Shown here: one piece after another, positions 1 to 9,706 of the stretch | How the letters are laid out: every line of letters begins with the position of its first letter | How positions within the stretch are numbered: the first letter of the stretch is position 1 | From: Calditrichia bacterium | GTDB taxonomy: Bacteria > Calditrichota > Calditrichia > RBG-13-44-9 | Reading direction: 5' to 3' | Assembly: GCA_037381445.1 (NCBI GenBank) | Contig: JARRQT010000076.1 | Coordinates: 1 to 32,198, forward strand | Length of the DNA: 32,198 bases | Made by a program: the position numbers and the translations under genes | The notes under the pieces: model-generated | Seen by the model: the letters and a program-made list of their open reading frames with translations, nothing else | What the model was told of the DNA's origin: nothing | Database searches by the model: none

Positions 1-1711
1 CATGGCGGGGATCCAGCGGATCATCCAGAAAATCGGCGACGGAATAAATTCTGGTGGTATGCACCAAATATTTCCATTCGGGCCAGGTAATCCCTTCAGC
101 GAAGGCGATGCTTGGGGTTCCCAGCAGCTTTTCAATATTATATTCGGCTTTGACCACGCCCCAGTTTTTAAGAATCAGGCCGATTCCGGGTGCTGTGCCA
201 AAACTCCGCTTATGATAACCCGCAATCTTTTCGCGCTCCGAATATATCACAATCGGAATATCCTGGTAATAGCTGTAAAAATACGGATAGATTCTGCTTC
301 CGAATATGCGCCTCGGCAGACTTGTTTCCCACTCCAGAAGCTGCAGACCTGAAAAGAGAAAGGTGAACTCATTGCGCATTCCCGAGAAAGGGAAATCGTT
401 GAGTTTGAGATTTACGCCGGCTATCAATTTTTTATCGTCCTGATATCGCATCCCCAGCCGAAGCACCCGCTGGATTTTTTCCTTTACGGAGAGCCGGAGA
501 ATATAGCGGTTGGGTCCGTGCTGCCGGACGTGGTAGGTGATGGTCTGAAAATAACCCAGGCTGTAGAGGTGTTCGATTCGCCGTTCCAGCAGGCTAATGT
601 TCATGGGCTGGCCGGGCCGCAGACCCAGAAGCTGGTAGATAAATGAAAAGTTCAGTTTTTCATTGCCGGTAATTTCGATTCGGTAGATGAGAGAGTTGCC
701 CAAATCCATGCTGGATATTTCCCGAACAGAGGGCGCAGAATTTCTTTGCAGGCTCTTGAGTTGTGCCAGGTGGATTCGCGCCACCTTTTCACCTTCCCGG
801 ATCATACCCTCTACCTTGCTCTTATAAAAATCGGCACTGGAATAATTGATCAGATCGGGGGTCAGGACCAAATCGGCCTGTTTCAGATTTTCTTCTTCCC
901 GCTGATATCCGGCCAGTGAGAATGACTGGACCAGCACCGATAAGGCATTCTGCAATTCTTCGCGGGACCTTTTCGGCGTGCCGACATTTACAGCAATGAT
1001 GTAGTCCGCGCCCATTTCTCGCACCACGTCAACCGGGCAATTATTCAGCACACCACCGTCCACCAGCAGGGAATCCCCCCATTCCACCGGGCTGAAAATC
1101 GAAGGGACCGACATGCTGGCGCGAATCGCTTTGGCCAATGAACCCTGCCTGAGAACCACCTCCCTGCCGGTTATGAGATCTGCTGCGACGCAGCGGAAAG
1201 GAATGGGAAGGCTGTCAAAATTTGTGACCTCCCATTGGGGAAGGGTGAAGCGGGAAAGAAGAAGTGATATGTTCTGTCCGTAAATCAGCCCGCTTGGGGG
1301 CTGCGGGCTGAGCTTGTTGAGCCGAAGTGTCATTTGGAAACGGCCCATGTCCTGCTTCTCCAAATATGTTAATTTTGAGCGGGAGGGCAGGTCGCTGAAA
1401 ACAGTCGGCCAGTCTATTGACCGTACCAGCGAATCGATACGGTGAGCAGAATAGCCGGCAGCGTATAATCCGCCGACAATCGATCCAATGCTGGTGCCGG
1501 CAACATAAGCGATGGGAATATTCAGGGAATCCAGTATATTCAGTACCCCGATATGCGCAAATCCTCTGGCGCCTCCCCCGCTTAATACCAGGCCGATTTT
1601 GGGGCTTGATTCCACCTGCGTTTCCTGGCAGGAAGCAGTATTCTGCGGAACATACTGCAAAATCAGAATAACGAGTATGAGTCCGTAACAGTGTATTAAC
1701 AGCGATTTCAT
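1..1711 (-). CDS. Patatin-like phospholipase fused to POTRA and Omp85/BamA-type beta-barrel (PlpD/type Vd-like); 3' end beyond window
   Basis: Manual translation from ATG 1711 is open to the window edge. It shows a signal peptide (MKSLLIHCYGLILVILILQ), patatin motifs LSGGGARG, GTSIG and LVDGG, a POTRA-like stretch IYRIEITGNEKLN...LYSLGYF...LSVKE, then barrel-like strands ending DFLDDPLDPRH (resembles the Omp85 D-x-x-D-x-x-x-P-x-x-G motif). Absent from the ORF track because it has no stop in the window. Confidence 0.9.
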   Translation of the reverse strand, partial: MKSLLIHCYGLILVILILQYVPQNTASCQETQVESSPKIGLVLSGGGARGFAHIGVLNILDSLNIPIAYVAGTSIGSIVGGLYAAGYSAHRIDSLVRSIDWPTVFSDLPSRSKLTYLEKQDMGRFQMTLRLNKLSPQPPSGLIYGQNISLLLSRFTLPQWEVTNFDSLPIPFRCVAADLITGREVVLRQGSLAKAIRASMSVPSIFSPVEWGDSLLVDGGVLNNCPVDVVREMGADYIIAVNVGTPKRSREELQNALSVLVQSFSLAGYQREEENLKQADLVLTPDLINYSSADFYKSKVEGMIREGEKVARIHLAQLKSLQRNSAPSVREISSMDLGNSLIYRIEITGNEKLNFSFIYQLLGLRPGQPMNISLLERRIEHLYSLGYFQTITYHVRQHGPNRYILRLSVKEKIQRVLRLGMRYQDDKKLIAGVNLKLNDFPFSGMRNEFTFLFSGLQLLEWETSLPRRIFGSRIYPYFYSYYQDIPIVIYSEREKIAGYHKRSFGTAPGIGLILKNWGVVKAEYNIEKLLGTPSIAFAEGITWPEWKYLVHTTRIYSVADFLDDPLDPRH

Positions 1712-1809
1712 AGCGTTTATAAAATCACCACGATTTATCCATCAAATTGATATTCTTAAAAATCCAGCCAGCTAATTTGTAGTTCGGACGGATAGCGCCG
1801 GAGCGATTT

Positions 1810-3063
1810 CTATTTTCCTTCATCCCCGCCCACATTGGGTGCCTGGTACGTTTTTGCGGGATTCACTACCTCAGCATAGGGTGAATCCCAGCTCTTCATA
1901 AAAATATCGTGCAGGGTCTGATTGACCGAATCATTTTTAATGATGAAACCAAGGTTTCGTGAGGTATGGAAGTAGCTGTAGCTCCAGTTGCTGGTACCGA
2001 TCCAGACCTGATGATCATCCGAGACCATGTATTTGCAGTGTTCCACCCGTCCGAACGGGACGAATCCGCCGCTCCACTGGGGAATGGTGCTGATACGGAC
2101 TTCCACATTGGGGACTACTTCGAGGCTTTTCAGGAATTGAACGCCGGGTTCGCGGGTATCCCAGTTGGACAGAATCATTCGTACCTGCACGCCCCTCGCA
2201 GCGGCCCGGCGCAGCGCATTGTCCAGCTTGTCATAAAAATATCCGTGAGAAACCGGTTTGTAGGTGAGCAACTGAATTTCCACCCGCTGTTTTGCATCAT
2301 CAATCAATTTAACGATTTCGGTTTCGTCCCATTCCATACCGGGGAAAATAGCTTTCCGGGGACTGAAGGTCGGGTAAAGATACAGGGGATTCCCGGAATC
2401 ATCGGTAAGTTTCAGCGGGTTGGCGGCATTAATGAGAATGTCCTTCGGGATTTCGGTCAGAGTGGCAGGGACATTTTCCTTTTGCTCTCCGGAAATCTGC
2501 CAATCCAGTTCGAATATTTTTGAAATTAATTTCGCCAATTTTGAATTGCGTATGGTCACGCCCAGTTCATGAATATGTTTGAGCGCCCGCCAATCCATAT
2601 TCTGGCTTCCCACAAAAACCTGCTTCCGGTCCACAATGAAATATTTGGCGTGCATGATGCCACCCATCTGATTATAGAGAGATATTTTTCGGACCTCAAT
2701 ATTGGACAGCAGATCCAGCTCCTCCAGCGTTTCGGGATAAGTTTTCGCCATTCTGGCATCCGCGATAATCCGGACCTGCACCCCTCTGACCGAAGCAGCT
2801 TTTATGGCATCCACTACCTGCTGAAGCGGTTCATTCTGCTTATTTGAGATATAGAAAAATTCCATATCCAGGGTTGAAGTTGCAGACCCGATCATTTCCA
2901 TCCACACCGGGAGGGTGCGTTCGGTTTGTTCCAGTCCCAGCGGCGTTTCAACCGGGACGGACTCAACAACCTGCAGTTCCCTGTTTTACTGAGAGAAGAG
3001 AGATGTTGAGAGGATTAGAATTGTGAGGACGAATATCAGGTTTCTGATGTTTTGGAGATGCAT
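1810..3063 (-). pseudogene. Exported phospholipase D family protein (two HKD motifs) interrupted by one in-frame TAA at 2986-2988
   Basis: ATG 3063 follows an AAGGA RBS and gives MHLQNIRNLIFVLTILILSTSLFSQ*NRELQVVESVPVETPLG...VWMEMIGSA, in frame with ORF 1810-2907. Motifs HAKYFIVD..GSQN and HCKYMVSD..GTSN are intact. The PLD call is secure; true pseudogene versus base-call error cannot be decided here. Confidence 0.75.
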
Positions 3064-3602
3064 GTTCTTTCCTTCTTCTGAATTTAGACCCTCGGTTTTT
3101 TGTGAAAAGGAAACATCATAATTCCGCTGTGAAATGTCGAATGAAAAAGGTAGGATTTTCTTATCAGATGAGCAAGGAAATTTTGTCAAATTCGCTCGGG
3201 CAGGAGAGGGCGGAACATAAAAGGCTTTCACCCGAATAAATATTGTGTCATCGCGAACGTTTCAGTGTTTTAATAATTTGGCATAATGGACAAAAAAATC
3301 ATTAGATCGCAATCGTCTCTGAGTATATTTGATTATTAGTGGCGTTCGGAATCTGGTGCTTTTTCTCTGGTAGAAGCATCGGCAGCATTGTCAATGAATG
3401 AAAATTTCGGCGAGTCGGCAGAACTGCTGAAGGTTGGCTTACTATTGGCTGAATGAGTTTATGGTGCAAGCGGAAAATTTGAAAGTGAGGATTTTTTTCT
3501 TCATCGAGAATAGAAATTAATCTAAATTTATATCTGTGCTGAAATTAACCATCGCCAGGCTGTTCGCCCGAAACCCGATGAACTCAATAAGCGGAGGTTG
3601 TA

Positions 3603-6600
3603 TTGAAAACAAATGAAAAAGCAGCTCTAAAAATTCAGCTGACAAATCTGGAAAATGAATCGCGCCCCGCTTTTTTAACATCCCGGAGGATGGAATTTCA
3701 CATATCACGGGAGGCACGAATCAAATACCAGTTTGATGAAACACTGTTCAGCACAAACGGGAATGTGATATTTCCTAATTTCAGGGCTGTGCGGGTTTTC
3801 GTCCAGAAAATGAATGATAAGCGCAACGTGATCAATTTTCCTGAAAAGACGGTGAAAGCCGGACAGATGAATGCCATGGGGTTGATCGATGAAATAATGC
3901 ACTATGTGGCCCAGATCTACCGTGAACAAAAAAATGATAAGGTGATGAAGCAGGCGCTTGACAGACTTGAGAAGGAAATCGGCAAGGATAAGATTGATTC
4001 CACTTTCAGGAAATTTGTGGACGATTTTCCTCCCATGGAGGTTTATAAGGGCGGAACAAGCGCAGATCAGTACCTTGCAAATAGCAGCGAGGGTGTTTCC
4101 AATCGGGAGCTGGTGCTGGAAGAAATGATCGCTTTTTGGATTGCAAACAGTAATCCCGCCGTATCTCCCTTTATAGAGCTGTTCGATGACACCTCCCTTG
4201 AGAAGGAAACGGCCTATAAAGAAATGATGGAATCTCTGCATAGTTTTTTTGATACACAGCCCACTTTCGGTCCCGATAATCAAAACCTGATCGATATGCT
4301 GCAGAGTCCTGCACTGGCTGCACCCTATTCGCTCTCCGCTCAACTGGAATATATCAGGCAGAAATGGGGGCTATTACTGGGAAAATTTCTCTACCGGCTG
4401 TTAAGCAGCCTCGACCTGATCAAAGAAGAAGAGAAATCCGCTTTCCTGGGTCCCGGACCGGCGAGGGTTTATGAATTTGGTCTTGAAGTTTTGCCGGAAC
4501 CGGAGCGTTTCAGTCCGGATAAGGATTGGATGCCGCGGGTGGTTTTGCTTGCAAAAAGCACTTACGTGTGGCTGGATCAGCTTTCCAAAAAATACCAGCG
4601 CCCCATCAATCACCTGGATCAGGTTCCCGATGAAGAGCTGGATCAGCTTGCCCGCTGGGGATTCACCGGCCTCTGGCTGATCGGCTTGTGGGAGAGAAGC
4701 CGGGCCTCAAAAAATATCAAGCAGATGTGCGGTAATCCTGAAGCAGTGGCATCCGCTTACGCGCTGCTGAACTACCAGATCGCCGAAGATCTGGGAGGGG
4801 AACCCGCCTATCAGAATCTGCGAGAGCGCGCCTGGAAGCGGGGCATTCGCATGTCCGGAGACATGGTTCCCAATCATATGGGCATTGATTCCGGATGGGT
4901 CATCGAACATCCGGATTGGTTTGTTTCTCTTAATTACAGCCCATTTCCCTCATACACTTTCAACGGACCCAATCTTTCCTGGGATGACCGGGTGTATATT
5001 GCAATCGAAGACCATTACTACACCCGGTCGGATGCCAGCGTGGTATTCAAAAGGGTGGATACCTGGACCGGCGACACCCGGTTCATCTATCACGGCAACG
5101 ACGGCACCAGCATGCCGTGGAACGACACCGCACAATTGAATTATCTCATTCCGGAAGTGCGGGAAGCGGTAATTCAGACCATTCTTGATGTGGCCAGACG
5201 CTTTCCCATTATCCGTTTCGATGCCGCCATGACGCTGACCAAAAAGCACTACCAGCGGTTATGGTTCCCGGAGCCCGGAACCGGCGGAGATATTCCCACC
5301 CGGGCCGAGCATGGAATGACCCGGGGCGAATTTGATTCGCATATTCCGGAAGAGTTCTGGCGCGAAGTGGTGGACAGGGTTGCCAGGGAGGTGCCGGATA
5401 CGCTGCTGCTGGCGGAAGCCTTCTGGCTGATGGAAGGGTATTTTGTCCGCAGCCTGGGGATGCATCGGGTTTACAACAGCGCTTTCATGAATATGTTGAA
5501 AATGGAAAACAACGCTCAGTACCGGCAATCGGTCAAAAATGTCCTGGAATTTAATCCGGAAATTTTGAAACGGTTTGTCAATTTTATGAACAACCCCGAC
5601 GAAGAAACGGCGGTGGCCCAGTTTGGAAAAGGGGACAAGTATTTTGGGGTGTGCACCATGCTGGTCACTATGCCGGGGCTTCCCATGTTTGGTCATGGGC
5701 AGTTGGAAGGCTTCACTGAAAAATATGGTATGGAATACCGGCGCGCCTATTGGGATGAACAGCCGGACCGGGATCTGATTCACCGCCACGAAAGGGAAAT
5801 CTTCCCCCTGATGCGAAAGCGCCACATTTTCGCCAATGTGGAAAATTTCAATCTTTATGATTTTTATGTGCCGGAAGGATATGTCAATGAAAATGTTTTT
5901 GCCTATTCCAACCAGCATGGAGATGAGCGGGGACTGGTGATTTATCACAATAAGTACGAAAGCACCCGCGGGTGGATTAAAACCTCGTCCGCTATTTCCG
6001 TAAAAAGCGGAAACGGCGACGAGAGGGTTTTGATCCAGCGGAAGTTGGGCGAAGGACTCGGCCTGCACAATGACGGCCGCTATTTCGTGATTTTCCGGGA
6101 TCACATCCGCGGACTGGAATATATCCGGAACAGCCGGGATATTTTTGACAGAGGATTGTATGTGGAGCTGCATGCTTTTCAAACCCATGTGTTCCTCGAT
6201 TTCAGAGAAGTGGAAGACAATGTCTGGCACCATTACGGAAATCTTGCTGCCTATCTGGACGGGCGCGGGGTGCCCAATATGGAGGAAGCGCTTCGGGAAA
6301 CGTTCCTGCAGCCTATACATCGGCCGTTCAAGGAACTGGTCAATGCAGAGATGTTCCGCGCTCTCATGGACGCCCGAATATTAGATCCAAAAGTGAAAGC
6401 TGATAAGAAGCAGCTTAAAGTGGTCGAAGAAAAAATGCTCAGGCTCCTGGGGGAAATCAAATCATACGAGAACGGGACCGGGGATCAGCAGAAAACCGCT
6501 TCACTCCTGAAAGAGGAGCTCCGAGCGATTCTTGGCATCCCGGTTATCTCCAAAAGAGTGACCTGCCCCCATTCCCGCAAATTTCAAAGCACTGCAAAAT

Positions 6601-7157
6601 TGCTGAATAATCATTTTGATTCCCGGCCATTGCACTGGTATGTGCTGTTCGGCTGGCACATGACGCACCGCCTGGGTGAAATGGTGGCACCGGAAGATTT
6701 TGAGGAACAGAGCAGAAGCGGAATTGACGAATGGCTGCTGCGGAAGGTACTGGAGAACTGTTTTTATGACCTGGGAATTCCCGGAAATGATGTGCAGCGC
6801 AGCATTCTGATCATAAAAATACTGACCAGGCATCAGAACTGGTGGAAAACAGAAGCGCCCAAAAAGAACCGGGTCCCGGCGGTCTTGAGAAAGCTTTTGC
6901 AGGATTATGAGGTCCGGGACTGGCTGCAGGTCAATCGGTATCACGACGTGCTGTGGTTCAATCACGAATCGTTTCTGGAATTGATGAACTGGCTGCTGGG
7001 CATTGCTGTTCTGGATTCGCTTAAATCCGGTATTACGGATGCGACGGCGATTTGCGCGGAAATCATCGAACGGTATGATATTGTAAATTCTCTGTTGAAA
7101 GGAGAAAAAAAGGCCGAATACCAGATTGATAAGCTGATGGAAATTTTCAATAAATAA
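3603..7157 (+). CDS. Large alpha-amylase family (GH13) glycoside hydrolase
   Basis: 1184-aa ORF with GH13 regions DMVPNH, IIRFDAAM (nucleophile Asp), LLAEAFW (acid/base Glu) and FMNNPDE. TTG start has GGAGG 5 nt upstream; alternative ATG at 3690. Confidence 0.88.
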   Translation: MKTNEKAALKIQLTNLENESRPAFLTSRRMEFHISREARIKYQFDETLFSTNGNVIFPNFRAVRVFVQKMNDKRNVINFPEKTVKAGQMNAMGLIDEIMHYVAQIYREQKNDKVMKQALDRLEKEIGKDKIDSTFRKFVDDFPPMEVYKGGTSADQYLANSSEGVSNRELVLEEMIAFWIANSNPAVSPFIELFDDTSLEKETAYKEMMESLHSFFDTQPTFGPDNQNLIDMLQSPALAAPYSLSAQLEYIRQKWGLLLGKFLYRLLSSLDLIKEEEKSAFLGPGPARVYEFGLEVLPEPERFSPDKDWMPRVVLLAKSTYVWLDQLSKKYQRPINHLDQVPDEELDQLARWGFTGLWLIGLWERSRASKNIKQMCGNPEAVASAYALLNYQIAEDLGGEPAYQNLRERAWKRGIRMSGDMVPNHMGIDSGWVIEHPDWFVSLNYSPFPSYTFNGPNLSWDDRVYIAIEDHYYTRSDASVVFKRVDTWTGDTRFIYHGNDGTSMPWNDTAQLNYLIPEVREAVIQTILDVARRFPIIRFDAAMTLTKKHYQRLWFPEPGTGGDIPTRAEHGMTRGEFDSHIPEEFWREVVDRVAREVPDTLLLAEAFWLMEGYFVRSLGMHRVYNSAFMNMLKMENNAQYRQSVKNVLEFNPEILKRFVNFMNNPDEETAVAQFGKGDKYFGVCTMLVTMPGLPMFGHGQLEGFTEKYGMEYRRAYWDEQPDRDLIHRHEREIFPLMRKRHIFANVENFNLYDFYVPEGYVNENVFAYSNQHGDERGLVIYHNKYESTRGWIKTSSAISVKSGNGDERVLIQRKLGEGLGLHNDGRYFVIFRDHIRGLEYIRNSRDIFDRGLYVELHAFQTHVFLDFREVEDNVWHHYGNLAAYLDGRGVPNMEEALRETFLQPIHRPFKELVNAEMFRALMDARILDPKVKADKKQLKVVEEKMLRLLGEIKSYENGTGDQQKTASLLKEELRAILGIPVISKRVTCPHSRKFQSTAKLLNNHFDSRPLHWYVLFGWHMTHRLGEMVAPEDFEEQSRSGIDEWLLRKVLENCFYDLGIPGNDVQRSILIIKILTRHQNWWKTEAPKKNRVPAVLRKLLQDYEVRDWLQVNRYHDVLWFNHESFLELMNWLLGIAVLDSLKSGITDATAICAEIIERYDIVNSLLKGEKKAEYQIDKLMEIFNK

Positions 7158-7442
7158 AAAGTAGCGTTAATCTTCAAAGATGATAGGCAAATGCGATCGA
7201 ATGATGATTCGTTCCAAAAGAAATAGTTGAGGTTTTTCAATCTCAACCATTTCTTTTTGGGCCGAAATTTTTAGCGATCATTTGGAAAGCCTGCGGAAAA
7301 ACCTTGCCCGTCCCATAAAGATGATCCGATGTGGCGGTTGTTTTGCCAACCTTGATATTCTTTACATGGAGACATTTCCCTTTTCCTGCAAATAATATGA
7401 TTTTTTCTTCAATTTCAGAAAATATTATGTAATTTCCAATTA

Positions 7443-9656
7443 ATGATGCTTGATCAGAAAATGAAACCAGCAATCTTCAAAAGTGCGGTGATTTTTCCAG
7501 CCCTCGGACTTGGGGTGCTGGCATTGACCGCCCAGGTTATTTTTATCAGGCTGCTCCTGCAGTATTCGATGGGAAATGAGCTGGCCATTGGGATGGCCCT
7601 GGCTGTCTGGCTTTTCGGCACCGCTTTTGGATCGACCTATTTTTCCCGCTTTCTGAAAGCATTAAAAATTTTTGACAGGCTTCCCGGGCTGATTTTTCCG
7701 GTCATCATTTTGAACGAATTAATTGTGGAGTTTGTCCCTAAAATTTTCGATCTCAGTCCCGGCGTCTATCCCCTGTTCCATACCTGGCTTGCCATTCTGG
7801 CCCTCACCATACTGCCTGCTTCCGTATTCTGTGGTGCTTTGTTTCCCTATATGGTTGAAGTTGCTCTCAAAATGAAAGCGGCCACGCTTACACAAAAAAT
7901 TACTCGAATCTATATCTGGGAGAGTATCGGCTCATTTCTGGCAGCCCTGGCATTAAATTTTATATTTCTTCATATCATGAATGGCCTACAGATACTCGCC
8001 GCAACTCTTTTCATTTTCTATCTTTGCATTATCCTTTACCAGCCAAAAACAGGTAGGAAGCAATCGGCAGGCGTTTATCTTGGATTATGTATTATTCTGT
8101 TATGGGCCGGTCCGTGGACCACGAGGGAGATTCATCAATTTATATACCGTCCGTACGCAGTTGTGACGGAGACTGACACGCCCTACGGGAACGTCTGTTT
8201 GCTGCGACTGGAACAGCAGACCAGCGTTCTCTTTCAGCGCAGGATAGAATATACTTTGCCGGATCCGTTTTCGGCCGAAACCCGGGGCCTATTGCCGCTT
8301 CTCTGCCATCCCGGACCGGAAAATATTTTATTTATCGGTGGAAATTTGCTGGATATATTGCCCTATCTGAAAAAGTCCTCAACCATAAAAAATATTGTTT
8401 ACCTTGAAATAGATCCGGTTCTGCTCCGGTTTCAGAGAGACAGCGTTCAAAATGCCGCGATCGGAAGCAGGATGGCCATTGATTTTGTCGCCGCCGATCC
8501 GAGAGAATATTTGACCCGCACTCATCGGAAATTCGATCTGATCTGCCTTAATCAGCCGGAGCCCTCCACATTAAGCCTGAACCGTTTGTATAGTCGGGAA
8601 TTTTACCGCCTGGTCCGGGAGCGTTTGAACAGGGAGGGGATCTTTTTCTTTACCATTCGCTCCTCGGAAAATTTTATCAACCGGGAATTGGGGGAATACA
8701 TCAATGTGCTGCAAAACACGCTGCGGAGTGAATTCCCCAACGTATTCATTATTCCGGGTGATGAAAACCATTTTCTGGCCAGCGGTTCGGTCAATTCCGG
8801 AAATTTGCTGGCTGCGTTGCCAGAAAGGCTGCAGCAACAGGCAGCTGAGGCCGCCTACCTGACTCCGATCTATCTGAAGTACCGTCTATCTGAAAATCGC
8901 ATGCAATTTTTGGGCGAGCAACTTTCGCGCTGGAATACTCCCGATACAAACAGTGATTTTAATCTGAAGGGATATTTGCACCATTTTCTGCTGTGGAGCG
9001 TTCTGTCCGGCAGTTGGGTGCAGAATGTATTTCACTTTCTCTCGAGTTTTCGGATGTGGTTCTTTTTCGCCATTTATTTTTCTTTCATTCTCCTGCACAT
9101 TTTTATGAAAAGGCGAGAGAGGCGCAATTATTTATGGAAGATGTCTATAATCGGTGGCCTGTCCATTGCCCTTGAGATTGTTATATTATTGGAACATCAG
9201 ATTCTGTTCGGGACAATTTATTTCGTTATCGCGATTATATTCGGAATTTTTATGCTGGGTCTGGCGGTGGGAGCGGCAATCAGAGGCAGACAGGCAGGCG
9301 TGCGCCATGAAAGAGCTATCATAACCGGACTGCTGCTTTGCACCGGTTTCCTGGGACTTCCCATCATATTTGAATGGAGTATGATTTCGCAAATGATCCT
9401 TTTTGATGCCCTTCGCTGGCTTTTCTTTCCTTCCGTCGTGTTTGCGGTCGGATTTCTCTCCGGGATTTATTTTCGCCATATTACTCACACTTTTTATTCT
9501 GCCGATGCAAAGGGCCAAAGCGGGCTGACCTATGGAAGCGATCTGGCCGGAGCCATGGGAGGCGCTTTTTTGATTTCCATCCTGTTTATCCCCCTCTTCG
9601 GGATTCCGGCCACACTTCTTTTTATTGGTTTACTGCTGCTGATGATGTTCTTTTAG
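7443..9656 (+). CDS. Membrane-fused spermidine synthase-like (aminopropyltransferase/methyltransferase fold) protein
   Basis: N- and C-terminal multi-TM blocks flank a soluble Rossmann-like domain (TPYGNV, ILFIGG, YLEIDP, DPREYL, NQPEPSTLSLNRLYSREFY, YGSDLAGAMGG). Start may be 7443, 7446 or 7461. Confidence 0.8.
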   Translation: MMLDQKMKPAIFKSAVIFPALGLGVLALTAQVIFIRLLLQYSMGNELAIGMALAVWLFGTAFGSTYFSRFLKALKIFDRLPGLIFPVIILNELIVEFVPKIFDLSPGVYPLFHTWLAILALTILPASVFCGALFPYMVEVALKMKAATLTQKITRIYIWESIGSFLAALALNFIFLHIMNGLQILAATLFIFYLCIILYQPKTGRKQSAGVYLGLCIILLWAGPWTTREIHQFIYRPYAVVTETDTPYGNVCLLRLEQQTSVLFQRRIEYTLPDPFSAETRGLLPLLCHPGPENILFIGGNLLDILPYLKKSSTIKNIVYLEIDPVLLRFQRDSVQNAAIGSRMAIDFVAADPREYLTRTHRKFDLICLNQPEPSTLSLNRLYSREFYRLVRERLNREGIFFFTIRSSENFINRELGEYINVLQNTLRSEFPNVFIIPGDENHFLASGSVNSGNLLAALPERLQQQAAEAAYLTPIYLKYRLSENRMQFLGEQLSRWNTPDTNSDFNLKGYLHHFLLWSVLSGSWVQNVFHFLSSFRMWFFFAIYFSFILLHIFMKRRERRNYLWKMSIIGGLSIALEIVILLEHQILFGTIYFVIAIIFGIFMLGLAVGAAIRGRQAGVRHERAIITGLLLCTGFLGLPIIFEWSMISQMILFDALRWLFFPSVVFAVGFLSGIYFRHITHTFYSADAKGQSGLTYGSDLAGAMGGAFLISILFIPLFGIPATLLFIGLLLLMMFF

Positions 9657-9706
9657 GGGATAGAATACATTTTGCCGGCCTTGGTTTGTACAAAGAAAAA
9701 GAAGGC

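Noticed and set aside
2..352. Plus-strand ORFs 2-352 and 1417-1671
   Set aside because: Antisense shadows of the patatin-Omp85 gene; no recognisable motifs.
1810..3063. PLD, patatin, TatD, MBL and LOG-like domains as parts of an anti-phage system
   Set aside because: They are scattered, PLD and patatin have export signals, and each resembles its housekeeping subfamily; no cyclase, helicase, ATPase or methylase partner is in the window.
2986..3231. 81-aa minus-strand ORF as a standalone gene
   Set aside because: Only its last 25 codons (from ATG 3063) look real, and they are the PLD signal peptide.
3064..3602. Long divergent intergenic region as a possible ncRNA or riboswitch
   Set aside because: No recognisable riboswitch, tRNA or repeat pattern by eye; consistent with divergent promoters. 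An Rfam scan would settle it.
5259..6320. 353-aa antisense ORF and other long antisense ORFs (e.g. 3705-4343, 21341-21979)
   Set aside because: Fully overlap well-supported genes on the opposite strand and lack motifs; typical codon-bias shadows.
7243..7473. 76-aa minus-strand ORF between the GH13 and spermidine-synthase-like genes
   Set aside because: Overlaps the next gene's start and promoter region, with no clear RBS or homology cue.
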